Below are positions 1 to 8,815 of a stretch of DNA of 64,000 bases, one piece after another; within the stretch, counting starts at the first letter, position 1, and the number at the start of each line of letters is the position of its first letter. The notes beneath the pieces were generated by a model that worked only from the letters and a program-made list of their open reading frames with translations, ran no database searches and was not told the DNA's origin. A program made the position numbers and the translations under genes. The DNA is from a virus, in the IMG/VR virus record IMGVR_UViG_3300042341_001047. One strand, given 5' to 3'.

Positions 1-11
1 TAATTAAAAAA

Positions 12-209
12 TTATTTACTTTTTATAATATTTATTATTTTATCCTTATTCTTCTTCATATATACATCTATCGTTTTAATCTCCCAATTGATATATAAAT
101 CCTCGATTATTTGAATAAGATTAGTAATTTTTTCACCATCACTAACATCAGATATATTCAAGTTTTCTTGATGTTCATTGAACTTTTGTATGTGTTTATT
201 ATTTTCCAT
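12..209 (-). CDS. small hypothetical protein with capsid-targeting-like N-terminus
   Basis: N-terminus MENNKHIQKFNE; TAATATATA late motif upstream. Confidence 0.6.
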   Translation of the reverse strand: MENNKHIQKFNEHQENLNISDVSDGEKITNLIQIIEDLYINWEIKTIDVYMKKNKDKIINIIKSK

Positions 210-290
210 CTTCGTATGTTATTTTAGTGTATATATTAAAAGAAAACCTAAATATATCTGAGTATCGTTATATTCAATTACTTTAAAATA

Positions 291-761
291 CTACAGGTTG
301 AATCTTATGCATTGTTCGGTTATGTATTTAGAGTGTTCTAATTGTAAGTGAGTAGCCAAACCAATAGTTAAGTGTAATCCAAAGTAAGGATCTGGAGTTA
401 AACCCATAGCAGTTCTAATGTTTCTAGCATCATCACAATAAACTTTCAACCACCAGTGACCTTTATCGTTAGATCTAATTAAAGTTGGATCATATTGTAA
501 AGTGATTTCTTTTCCGTGGAATATTTCTCTAGCTTGTGCGTAGATTTCATCATCACATCTATCATTGATAATAGTAACGTGAGTTCCTCTTAAAGGTTTG
601 TTCAACTTCAAGTTGAATCTTTTTTCTAAGAACCAAGCGTAGTAAGCAAAAGTATCATCATCGAACTTCACCATAGCAGTTTTCTTCCAACTAGACTGAG
701 CATTGTGCTTCTTAGTCACGTTAATTGGGTCAAACTCTATAATTCCTTTCAATTCAAACAT
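291..761 (-). CDS. 2H phosphoesterase family protein
   Basis: Two HxT motifs (GTHVTII, GLHLTIG) in 156 aa. Confidence 0.7.
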   Translation of the reverse strand: MFELKGIIEFDPINVTKKHNAQSSWKKTAMVKFDDDTFAYYAWFLEKRFNLKLNKPLRGTHVTIINDRCDDEIYAQAREIFHGKEITLQYDPTLIRSNDKGHWWLKVYCDDARNIRTAMGLTPDPYFGLHLTIGLATHLQLEHSKYITEQCIRFNL

Positions 762-765
762 AGAA

Positions 766-773
766 CAAAGATA
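766..773 (-). promoter_or_regulatory. Bacteroidota-type -7 promoter element (TATCTTTG)
   Basis: TAnnTTTG 4 nt upstream of the 2H gene ATG. Confidence 0.55.
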
Positions 774-813
774 CTTAGAAATATTAATATATACAAAAAA
801 TATAAAATATTAT

Positions 814-1248
814 ATGGTATTATCAACATTAATTATAATGAATTTCATTTGGATAGTTTATTCACTAACAGAAGGAATGAGAGAAGGTTTCTACTGGCAC
901 TATGAGAATAGTTGTAAAAGAGTATGTGACTTTAATGTGAATCCAATATTTAATCTACAAAGAGCTCTAATTTTATTAATAACATCAATAGTTATGGTAG
1001 GTATAATCGGATGGTACTCCCTATTAAGTTCAATATGTATGATACTAATTTTTAGCTTCTTTCACAACGGAACCTACTATCATACTAGAAATAAATTAAG
1101 TAATGGAGATTTATATCCTAAAGGATGGTGTGATGAATCTAGAACATTTCCACCATTTACACCACTAATAAAATATAATAAAAGAACTATAGCAATGGTA
1201 ATAGGTGTTTTATCACAAGTATTCATCTATCTATTTCTACTAAATTAA
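814..1248 (+). CDS. membrane protein
   Basis: Several hydrophobic segments; ATG 814 follows a TAATATATA motif and is preferred to the TTG at 703. Confidence 0.6.
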   Translation: MVLSTLIIMNFIWIVYSLTEGMREGFYWHYENSCKRVCDFNVNPIFNLQRALILLITSIVMVGIIGWYSLLSSICMILIFSFFHNGTYYHTRNKLSNGDLYPKGWCDESRTFPPFTPLIKYNKRTIAMVIGVLSQVFIYLFLLN

Positions 1249-1259
1249 AAATAAATATT

Positions 1260-1448
1260 ATGAAAAAAGAACCTGAAATGATTAAAAATCAATCAATGTC
1301 AAAAGAAGAAATCAACCTATTAAGAGAAAAATTTGTTAATGAATACTCTAAAAAGAAAGGTTGGAATTCAAAAGAATTATCAACACAACAAATGATGGAG
1401 ATAGTTTCTCACAAACAATACAAATCACCTGGATTAATCTTAGGTTAA
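1260..1448 (+). CDS. hypothetical protein
   Basis: 62-aa ORF, A-rich leader, ends at a terminator hairpin. Confidence 0.55.
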   Translation: MKKEPEMIKNQSMSKEEINLLREKFVNEYSKKKGWNSKELSTQQMMEIVSHKQYKSPGLILG

Positions 1449-1451
1449 GAT

Positions 1452-1484
1452 AAAAATATCCTGATTACATCAGGATATTTTTTT
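1452..1484. terminator. bidirectional intrinsic terminator
   Basis: AAAAATATCCTGAT-TAC-ATCAGGATATTTTT between convergent genes. Confidence 0.65.
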
Positions 1485-2550
1485 GCTTTTTAATTCCATT
1501 TGGATTATCACATAAATCACTTGTATAAACAGTACCAATCTCTGGTAACATTTCCATTATATCATATCTGTTTCCAACAAACTCTTGTTTACCTCTATGA
1601 TTTTCAACATATAAAGCGTGACCATTCCAATTAATACTTTTCATTTCTGTATATCCTTGTTCAAAAATCCATCTATAAAGTAAAGAAGTTTCTTCTTCTA
1701 TTTTCTTTTTAGAGATATACATTTTTTTAGTTTTATCACCGAATTTAAAGTATGAGAAGTAATCAGCAGAATAAACTGAATTATCATCACTCTCACCGGT
1801 GTCAATATCATCATAATTATACTGATTTCTTTTTACAGGTAATGTTTCCCAATCAATATTACAAACTGACTTACAAAGTTTAGATAAAAATTCAATATCT
1901 TGATGTTCACTAGTTGTATGTTCTTTGTAATAACCTACAGATATGTTAGTACACTCAGGTACCAAGTCCATAAATTTAGCAGAATCTGTAAGAATACCTG
2001 TATCATCTGGTTCAAAACTTAAATTCTCACCAGCCACATTTAATCGAGTGGCCAATTCTTTTGCAAATTCATCAGAACAACATCTACCATACCATTGGTG
2101 TGTAATAACAGAAGTAGTTCCTCTTCTATCAAAAGAAACAACCTTATTAATTGTTTTTGAAAATTCATTATTTTGCCAATCATTAGAGACTTTACCAGAT
2201 CCTATACAACCAACTTCTTCACCTAAGAAGAAATAGTAAAGTCCTGGAATTTTCTTTTCTATCATATACATCACAACAACCATACCTGCTTTATCATCAG
2301 CTCCTAAAATGGTTTTACCATTAGTTCTAATAAATTTAGTATCTTGAACGTGTGTTACTTTTTGTTGTGTTGAACAAGCCGTGTCTAAGTGACAGGTAAA
2401 CATTGTAGTTGGATTTTCACCAACAACATAATAAAAGTTACCAAACTTATCTTGTTTTGTTCCTTGTGGTAAATATGATTTTAAAAATCCCTCAGTTCCG
2501 TTCGGATATGTGTAACTTGTAAGTTGTAAAAACTTCTTCCTAATTCTCAT
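1465..2550 (-). CDS. M28/M20-type zinc peptidase
   Basis: CHLDT, LGADDKAG, GEEVG, SFDRR and EH zinc-ligand motifs. Confidence 0.8.
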   Translation of the reverse strand: MRIRKKFLQLTSYTYPNGTEGFLKSYLPQGTKQDKFGNFYYVVGENPTTMFTCHLDTACSTQQKVTHVQDTKFIRTNGKTILGADDKAGMVVVMYMIEKKIPGLYYFFLGEEVGCIGSGKVSNDWQNNEFSKTINKVVSFDRRGTTSVITHQWYGRCCSDEFAKELATRLNVAGENLSFEPDDTGILTDSAKFMDLVPECTNISVGYYKEHTTSEHQDIEFLSKLCKSVCNIDWETLPVKRNQYNYDDIDTGESDDNSVYSADYFSYFKFGDKTKKMYISKKKIEEETSLLYRWIFEQGYTEMKSINWNGHALYVENHRGKQEFVGNRYDIMEMLPEIGTVYTSDLCDNPNGIKKQKNILM

Positions 2551-2597
2551 TTTATATAATTTAAGTAAATATAGTTAAAAATAAAGTAATATACAAA

Positions 2598-3131
2598 TTA
2601 TTCTTTATCTTTATTAAAAATTTGATCAATCTTTTTATCTCTAATCCATGATTTGGATAATTCGGTTAAGTCTGAGGTCCAACCAGATATCTTATCAGTT
2701 ATGTAATAGTTATTCTCTATATGATTATTTTTAATTTCATGTTTTACATGATAATCACCAACATCATCTGACATCTTATAGTGATATTCCTTAGCAACGA
2801 TTATATAATCAATATTCAATTTATCTATAATCTCTCTATACTCTATAATAGTCGAAACACTAAGACCCCAAAAGTCAAATATTAAAAGGTCGACTCTAAA
2901 CAAATTAGAACGATTTTCTAATATCATTTTAAATTCGGAAAAATTATTAAATTCTATTTTATTATCTATAAAATATATAAGTGATGTTTTAGCAGAACTT
3001 GAACTTCTGGGTCTACAAATTAACAAAGGTGTTCTACCATCAGTTTCCAAAAAAGATATTATACGACTCAATGCGTATGAGACATCACTTGGATTACCAG
3101 TAATATAATTACTTCTTTTTATCGGTATCAT
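2598..3131 (-). CDS. degenerate RecA/DnaB-like P-loop protein with C-terminal tag
   Basis: ICRPRSSSSAKTS (broken Walker A), DLLIFD (Walker B-like), C-terminal IRDKKIDQIF. Confidence 0.4.
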   Translation of the reverse strand: MIPIKRSNYITGNPSDVSYALSRIISFLETDGRTPLLICRPRSSSSAKTSLIYFIDNKIEFNNFSEFKMILENRSNLFRVDLLIFDFWGLSVSTIIEYREIIDKLNIDYIIVAKEYHYKMSDDVGDYHVKHEIKNNHIENNYYITDKISGWTSDLTELSKSWIRDKKIDQIFNKDKE

Positions 3132-3525
3132 TTATATTCTTCATTCTAACATCAACTATATAGTTGAATTTATGTAAAAATCTCCTACCTATTAAGACAG
3201 GATATCTCATATTTTTTCTATTTGCTAATGATATAAAAAACTTATATGTTGATTCTCCAATTTTTATTTTTGTAAAAACTAAAAATCTTTCTTGTTTTCT
3301 ACCAAATGAACTTTTAACTGAAACCTTCTTAAATTTCTCATAAACAAATTCATTGGAGTCTATTCTAAATTTCAATTTACCATCGACAATCTCAATATCA
3401 TCGACATGTAAAGCTATACCATAAGCACCGGTATCTATTTTACCCTTTAACTTACCAATGTTCAACTCAGGGAAATAAACATTCTCATATCTCCCAACTT
3501 TCTTTTCCACATTTTCACCACCCAT
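3109..3525 (-). CDS. retropepsin-like putative protease (RimK-associated Zn_protease family)
   Basis: GKIDTGA, VKSSFG..QER and R..MRYPVLIGRRFL motifs. Confidence 0.75.
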   Translation of the reverse strand: MGGENVEKKVGRYENVYFPELNIGKLKGKIDTGAYGIALHVDDIEIVDGKLKFRIDSNEFVYEKFKKVSVKSSFGRKQERFLVFTKIKIGESTYKFFISLANRKNMRYPVLIGRRFLHKFNYIVDVRMKNINDTDKKK

Positions 3526-3659
3526 CTCCTCTATAAAATAATTTTATTTTATATATAATTTATTATACCCATCCATAGGGACATCTTAATTAACAAATAT
3601 AGTAATTTTTATTGAACAAATTGATAATAGTTTATATAAATAAAAAATAATATCATTTA

Positions 3660-4424
3660 ATGGCTCATAATTACGCTTTTACCTATGTAATAGGATACAG
3701 ACACAGAATAGACAGACTACAAAATTTAAGAAGAGTACTTGATTGGATCAATGGATTCTCAGGAGCAGAAGTAATAATAGTCGAGCAAGATAAACACTCA
3801 AAGATATCACATCTAAATCTAAAAGCTAAACATATTTTTATAAAATCAAATCTACCATATAATAGATCTTGGTCATTTAATGTGGCTTTGAAAAGCTCAA
3901 ATTCATCAGTAATAGTTTTTGGTGACTCTGATTTAATAATGGAACCTAATCAATTTATAGCTGGTTTACAAGCTCTTCAAACCTATGAAATGGTTAGTCC
4001 TTATCACACAGTAGTTGATTTAACACCAAGTGAAACTGGATTACCAATGGAAGAAGTGGTGAAAATTGAAAGACCTGGAAGAGGAGAAACAGATAACCAA
4101 AAGATTAATATTTCAGGCGGAATATCAATGTTTAGAAAAGAGTCTATCTCAAAAATAGCTGGTTGGAATGAAGACTTTATTGGATGGGGTGGAGAAGATG
4201 ATTATCAAACATTAAAAGTTCATAACTTTTTATCTTGGACAGAACTCAGAGCTAAGTGTTACCATCTTTATCATGATAAAGAACAACCAGAAATGAAATG
4301 GTATCAAAGAAATTTAGATCTACTTAAAAAGACATCTCAAATGGATAAGTCTCAGTTACAAAAGGTTATCTTTAACCAATTGCCAAAAATTGGAATGAAG
4401 AATAAATATGATAATTTCATCTAA
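3660..4424 (+). CDS. glycosyltransferase (GT2/GT7 galactosyltransferase-like)
   Basis: IIVEQD, FGDSD (DxD) and GWNEDFIGWGGEDD motifs. Confidence 0.8.
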   Translation: MAHNYAFTYVIGYRHRIDRLQNLRRVLDWINGFSGAEVIIVEQDKHSKISHLNLKAKHIFIKSNLPYNRSWSFNVALKSSNSSVIVFGDSDLIMEPNQFIAGLQALQTYEMVSPYHTVVDLTPSETGLPMEEVVKIERPGRGETDNQKINISGGISMFRKESISKIAGWNEDFIGWGGEDDYQTLKVHNFLSWTELRAKCYHLYHDKEQPEMKWYQRNLDLLKKTSQMDKSQLQKVIFNQLPKIGMKNKYDNFI

Positions 4425-5184
4425 AGATTTAGAAAAAGTATGTAACTATGTAGAGTCTACAAAACCTTCTTTACCACAAGCATCAATGAACTTCATTGAC
4501 TTTGAAGAAGAACCAAATGAAGAGTATCAAAGAGAAATTAAAAGAAAGAATAGAGAACTTGCTATTGATGCTATTATTGAAGATAAAGTAGAAGAGTTTA
4601 AAAACAGAGAATCATTTATTAATCCATTGGATAATGAAGGATATATACAAACTATATCTCCTAAACTTAAATCAATTAATGTTAAGGGTAAAACCTATTT
4701 AGATTTAACAGATATTTACACAGATATAATGATGACATTAGAATCATTAACATCTTCACCTATGAGTACTCCTCAAAATTTGAATATAAATATTCAAAAT
4801 GATCCTAGTTTAACAGACTTCGAAAATTTGATGGCTTTATCCAGAAGAGTTGTGTCTAAAATAATTTTATTAAGTAATTACATATCATCAACTGGTAGAA
4901 CAGGTCCTGCTAATACTATTATAATTGGTTTAGATGCTTATAAGTATCTTCTTCTTTCCAATGGAATGATGGCTTCAAGTAACGATGGTGTTGTGACTGG
5001 GAATATTAATGGAATGAATGTTATACCATCACCTTATATCAAATCAAATAAGATTATTATGATGAGAAATGTCCAGAAAACCGAGAATGGATTAAATGTA
5101 ATAAATTGTACAAATGATATGAGATACTTCTTAAAAGAGACTCCGAATTATTCTAAGATTATAAATTGGTTTGAAATTATATAG
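4408..5184 (+). CDS. truncated major capsid protein paralog with tag
   Basis: SKIILLSNYISSTGRTGPANTII aligns to MCP TKIAHASNYIATEGRVGPAQYLI; RELAIDAII near the N-terminus. Confidence 0.7.
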   Translation: MIISSKDLEKVCNYVESTKPSLPQASMNFIDFEEEPNEEYQREIKRKNRELAIDAIIEDKVEEFKNRESFINPLDNEGYIQTISPKLKSINVKGKTYLDLTDIYTDIMMTLESLTSSPMSTPQNLNINIQNDPSLTDFENLMALSRRVVSKIILLSNYISSTGRTGPANTIIIGLDAYKYLLLSNGMMASSNDGVVTGNINGMNVIPSPYIKSNKIIMMRNVQKTENGLNVINCTNDMRYFLKETPNYSKIINWFEII

Positions 5185-5716
5185 AGGCAACTCTAACCTT
5201 ATCATACTTTATTAGTAACTTATAAAGTTTTTCATATTCATCATTAGGATTCTCAACTTTTCGTTCATACCATTTATCCTTATTAAAATACTCAACTAAC
5301 ATACCAACTCTAAAATCTTCTTTTTTAGTTGGTTTCCAATATCTTTTTGATTCAACAAATGAGAATGATGTACCATTATGTAAATATGACATATTATCAG
5401 AATCAGTATTATACATTACAATACCCATTGGTATCTCAGAACCATCTTTGAATATCTTCTTAGCATTAGTCTCACCTGTATATTTAATAATAGCACAATC
5501 TTCGTGAAAGTGATTAAGTAGGAAAATAACATCTTTCCTTAAGGTATCATTATCAACACGACCATAAGCCATAACAGAGTCTTCATATTGACCTTTGTAA
5601 TAACCCTTAATAGGTAAAACTTGATATTCTTTAGCATAAAGAATTGAAATCATATCCTCTATTCTAGGTGAGGAAAGTAAAATAAAAGAAGCGTCTCTGT
5701 GTTCTAGTCCGATCAT
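5177..5716 (-). CDS. hypothetical protein
   Basis: 179-aa ORF with late motif upstream. Confidence 0.6.
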   Translation of the reverse strand: MIGLEHRDASFILLSSPRIEDMISILYAKEYQVLPIKGYYKGQYEDSVMAYGRVDNDTLRKDVIFLLNHFHEDCAIIKYTGETNAKKIFKDGSEIPMGIVMYNTDSDNMSYLHNGTSFSFVESKRYWKPTKKEDFRVGMLVEYFNKDKWYERKVENPNDEYEKLYKLLIKYDKVRVASI

Positions 5717-5734
5717 AAAGTATATATTAAATAT

Positions 5735-5890
5735 TTATACTTGATCTGTCACAGTATAGATATCAAGAATACTTTTTTTACTAAGCTTTTTTACTTTTGA
5801 AAAATAAATAATCGCCTCTTCTAATGTTTCGAGCAAAACTCTCGAAATGACCTCTTTGGAGTTTTTTGGTTTTAGATAAAATGTTTTCAT
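5735..5890 (-). CDS. small hypothetical protein (not in ORF track)
   Basis: MKTFYLKPKNSKEVISRVLLETLEEAIIYFSKVKKLSKKSILDIYTVTDQV, 51 aa, fills the intergenic gap. Confidence 0.6.
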   Translation of the reverse strand: MKTFYLKPKNSKEVISRVLLETLEEAIIYFSKVKKLSKKSILDIYTVTDQV

Positions 5891-5914
5891 AGTTTATATA
5901 TCATATATTTAATT

Positions 5915-7156
5915 TTAAATAATTCTAAATTCTTCTAATAATTTTGTCTGGAAAATTGCCCAAACGCAATCCCTGTATTTCTTTTGCATGATTATACTAT
6001 CATGTACAGTAACAACTTTAATTTCAGGATAAAGTGTAATTATTTGTCTTATTATTTGATTGAAAATTAAATTACTCTCAGCCTTCTGTAAATCATATGC
6101 TAGTATTCGATAATCACCATGTTCTTTTTTATACAATTTTATAAAATTATGAATAGTCGGGAAAAGATTTGAGAAGACTTTATCAGCCTTACTATTTGAA
6201 CCATTTCTACCAAAAAGAACTTTATAGGTCATTTCTTTTACATTATTTCTATCACTACTACCAATTGAATTCATAACATACTGGTAATAGTTGCCACTTA
6301 TAGTTAACTCCTTAAATAATTGAAACTCTTCCTCTTTAACCCATTTACTTCCAATATCTTGAATCATCTTTGCTAAAAACAAAGGTTGACTATTTTTAAT
6401 ATCTATTTCAGAAGTTTCCTCACCATCTATCAATAAACAATTTTTTCTAATAAAGGATTTTAATATGGTAAAGTTTGTATGCATCCTACCATAATTATCA
6501 AAATGATAGAATATGTGTTTATCATTTATACACTCAACTGAATATCTATTACGATTATAAACATCAGTATCATCTTGTTTCAACGCATCAAGATAGAATA
6601 TAGACCTATCAAACTGCACTTGAACACTAAATAAATCATCTACAAGCTTAATCTTAATATCATTGTCAATTAATGACTTTTTATCATCTACATCATTCTC
6701 TTCTATTTGTGATATTTTGTTTTTATATTTTTTAAGAAGAACCTTATCACAATTATTATATCGTATAATTTTACCTCTTAAAATATATTCATTTATTGCG
6801 TAGATTCTAGAATTTTTACCTTTTTGATGTTTTGATAAAAGAACAATAACTCCCTTTTCAATGAGGAAGTCCATATAGTAATTATATAAATACCCATACT
6901 TCTCTTTGAGAATGGAAGCCATTAAACTAAATTTATTATTTTTTCTAAAATAATATTTAAGTATAAGGTTATGTAATATATCAACTATATACGCTGATTT
7001 TAATTTTTCACCTTTGTATGTAAAGTTTTTTTGTTTTGATATCTCTTCTAAAGAGACTGGTAGGAATTGTAAGCTATGTTTTTTATTCTCTAAATTCTTC
7101 TTAATTGACTGATATGATTCTATATCACTTAACTTAACTACACTTGAAACTGTCAT
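5915..7156 (-). CDS. family-A polymerase-fold protein without exonuclease
   Basis: YGRMH, motif A EIDIKNSQP, motif B RNNVKEMTYKVLFG, motif C VHDS. Confidence 0.6.
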   Translation of the reverse strand: MTVSSVVKLSDIESYQSIKKNLENKKHSLQFLPVSLEEISKQKNFTYKGEKLKSAYIVDILHNLILKYYFRKNNKFSLMASILKEKYGYLYNYYMDFLIEKGVIVLLSKHQKGKNSRIYAINEYILRGKIIRYNNCDKVLLKKYKNKISQIEENDVDDKKSLIDNDIKIKLVDDLFSVQVQFDRSIFYLDALKQDDTDVYNRNRYSVECINDKHIFYHFDNYGRMHTNFTILKSFIRKNCLLIDGEETSEIDIKNSQPLFLAKMIQDIGSKWVKEEEFQLFKELTISGNYYQYVMNSIGSSDRNNVKEMTYKVLFGRNGSNSKADKVFSNLFPTIHNFIKLYKKEHGDYRILAYDLQKAESNLIFNQIIRQIITLYPEIKVVTVHDSIIMQKKYRDCVWAIFQTKLLEEFRII

Positions 7157-7196
7157 AGATTTTATATAAAAAATCCTGGTTTATGTTTGTAATAAA

Positions 7197-7412
7197 CTAG
7201 ATATTATTAAAAATTTTATTGATAGAATTTTTACGATTAGAAGCCCTTTCTTTAATAAGTTCAGCTCTTAAAAGATTCTCAAGATCTTTTTCAATATCAG
7301 TATTATGATATGAACTTATATCCTTAATCATTTCAGTGGTCCAAGTAGCTTTAATAGCTCTTGTTTCTGCTTTAACTTCAATAGAAGTCATATTAAGATT
7401 AATTGATTTCAT
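7197..7412 (-). CDS. 71-aa gp23 (capsid) fragment with tag
   Basis: VKAETRAIKATWTTEMIKDISSYHNTDIEKDLENLLRAE resembles the conserved T4-type gp23 segment; C-terminal RKNSINKIF. Confidence 0.65.
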   Translation of the reverse strand: MKSINLNMTSIEVKAETRAIKATWTTEMIKDISSYHNTDIEKDLENLLRAELIKERASNRKNSINKIFNNI

Positions 7413-8755
7413 TATTTAGTTAAACTAGGTGGTTCCTTACTAGTTGATTCAGGAGTTATAGGTAATTTACCACCTTTACCTTTTTTCTTCTTTTCACCAG
7501 CTCCTTTTTCAAATTCTGAGTAAACATCAGGATAAACTTCACCTTCTCCATCTTTGTCATATTGAATATCAAAGAAGTCACCAAAATCAAGTAATCCAGA
7601 TCTTGTTAACTCAACCTCATGTAATTTATTAAGATATCTATCAATATATTTATCAATATCATCTACAAATCCATTAAATAAAATAACCGTATTATCAGTA
7701 AAAACACCAATTGGCTTTTTTCTTTTTTTGTTAAATGAACCCAATATAGCTTTGAATATATACTCAAGTTTACCACTTTCTCTTATGTAATCTTTTGTTA
7801 ATTTATTTGAAATAAGTTCAGTATTAATTTTAAATTTCTCTTTATCAAAGAATTCAGGAACTACAAATTCAAAATTTAATAAATCTTCTTTTACTTCAGA
7901 AACATAGATATTAAATAGTTTACATATTAAGTAAATGTAAACCTCATCTTTTTTATCACCTTTAAGTTTAATTTCATCTAAATTAAACGACTGACAAAAA
8001 TTTAAAAAGTTAATTAAAATAAGTGTATAGATTTCAACAAATTCAGTTGAATTACTATCATTCATTCTTTTATATAAAGGGTTAAGTATTTCAAATGAAA
8101 TATCCGTATCTTTTGATCTAACTATTAATTTCTCTAAATTAGATTGATAATCTTCTTCATCCATTAGAAATGAATTAGTAGAACTTGGATTAAGTATTTT
8201 ATAGAAAAAGAAAGCGAATGATTTCTCACCAAACACATACTCTAAATCATCCTCACTTGTATTAACAAAGTATTTAATAGCTTCTATAGCTCTTTCAGAT
8301 ATCTTCCCTTGGAAAACCACCGGTAGAACATCAACATCAAATAGTCTTGAATACTCATCTAACTCTTCTACTCCAAATTCATATTTACCACCTTTATTAA
8401 TAGTGGTTAAAACTAAATGATTTTTAGGAACTCTTGAATATTGTATATTTGCTGGTTGACTATCTGGAAAATATTCAAAACAGAACCACCATTTTTTATT
8501 AAGTAATGATTTAACTCTATTATCTAAACCATTAAGATAATTAATAGCAGGGTTGTAATAATTCTGCATAGCTAAATCAATTAAATTAATTGATTCACTA
8601 CCGATGGATTTAGGTCTTATGTTAAATTCCTTACCATCCCAGTTAACCCATATTTTTGAACCTTGTATATCTTCAAATACAATTATTTCATTTCCAAAAA
8701 TTGAATCTAATATTTCTTGGTCATTTTCACCATTTAATGTAACTAATCTACTCAT
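7412..8755 (-). CDS. RNA-ligase-fold protein, apparently inactive
   Basis: FEDIQGS in place of EKxDGS; CFEYF, PVVFQG and EKLIVR resemble ligase motifs; late motif upstream. Confidence 0.45.
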   Translation of the reverse strand: MSRLVTLNGENDQEILDSIFGNEIIVFEDIQGSKIWVNWDGKEFNIRPKSIGSESINLIDLAMQNYYNPAINYLNGLDNRVKSLLNKKWWFCFEYFPDSQPANIQYSRVPKNHLVLTTINKGGKYEFGVEELDEYSRLFDVDVLPVVFQGKISERAIEAIKYFVNTSEDDLEYVFGEKSFAFFFYKILNPSSTNSFLMDEEDYQSNLEKLIVRSKDTDISFEILNPLYKRMNDSNSTEFVEIYTLILINFLNFCQSFNLDEIKLKGDKKDEVYIYLICKLFNIYVSEVKEDLLNFEFVVPEFFDKEKFKINTELISNKLTKDYIRESGKLEYIFKAILGSFNKKRKKPIGVFTDNTVILFNGFVDDIDKYIDRYLNKLHEVELTRSGLLDFGDFFDIQYDKDGEGEVYPDVYSEFEKGAGEKKKKGKGGKLPITPESTSKEPPSLTK

Positions 8756-8815
8756 TGTGCTTGATTTTTGTTTTTTATCAATAGGGTATATATAAAAATA
8801 TATAACGTCTATAAT

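Noticed and set aside
12-60. C-terminal NKDKIINII as another copy of the tag
   Set aside because: It lacks the conserved Arg and is a plausible chance match in a Lys/Ile-rich protein.
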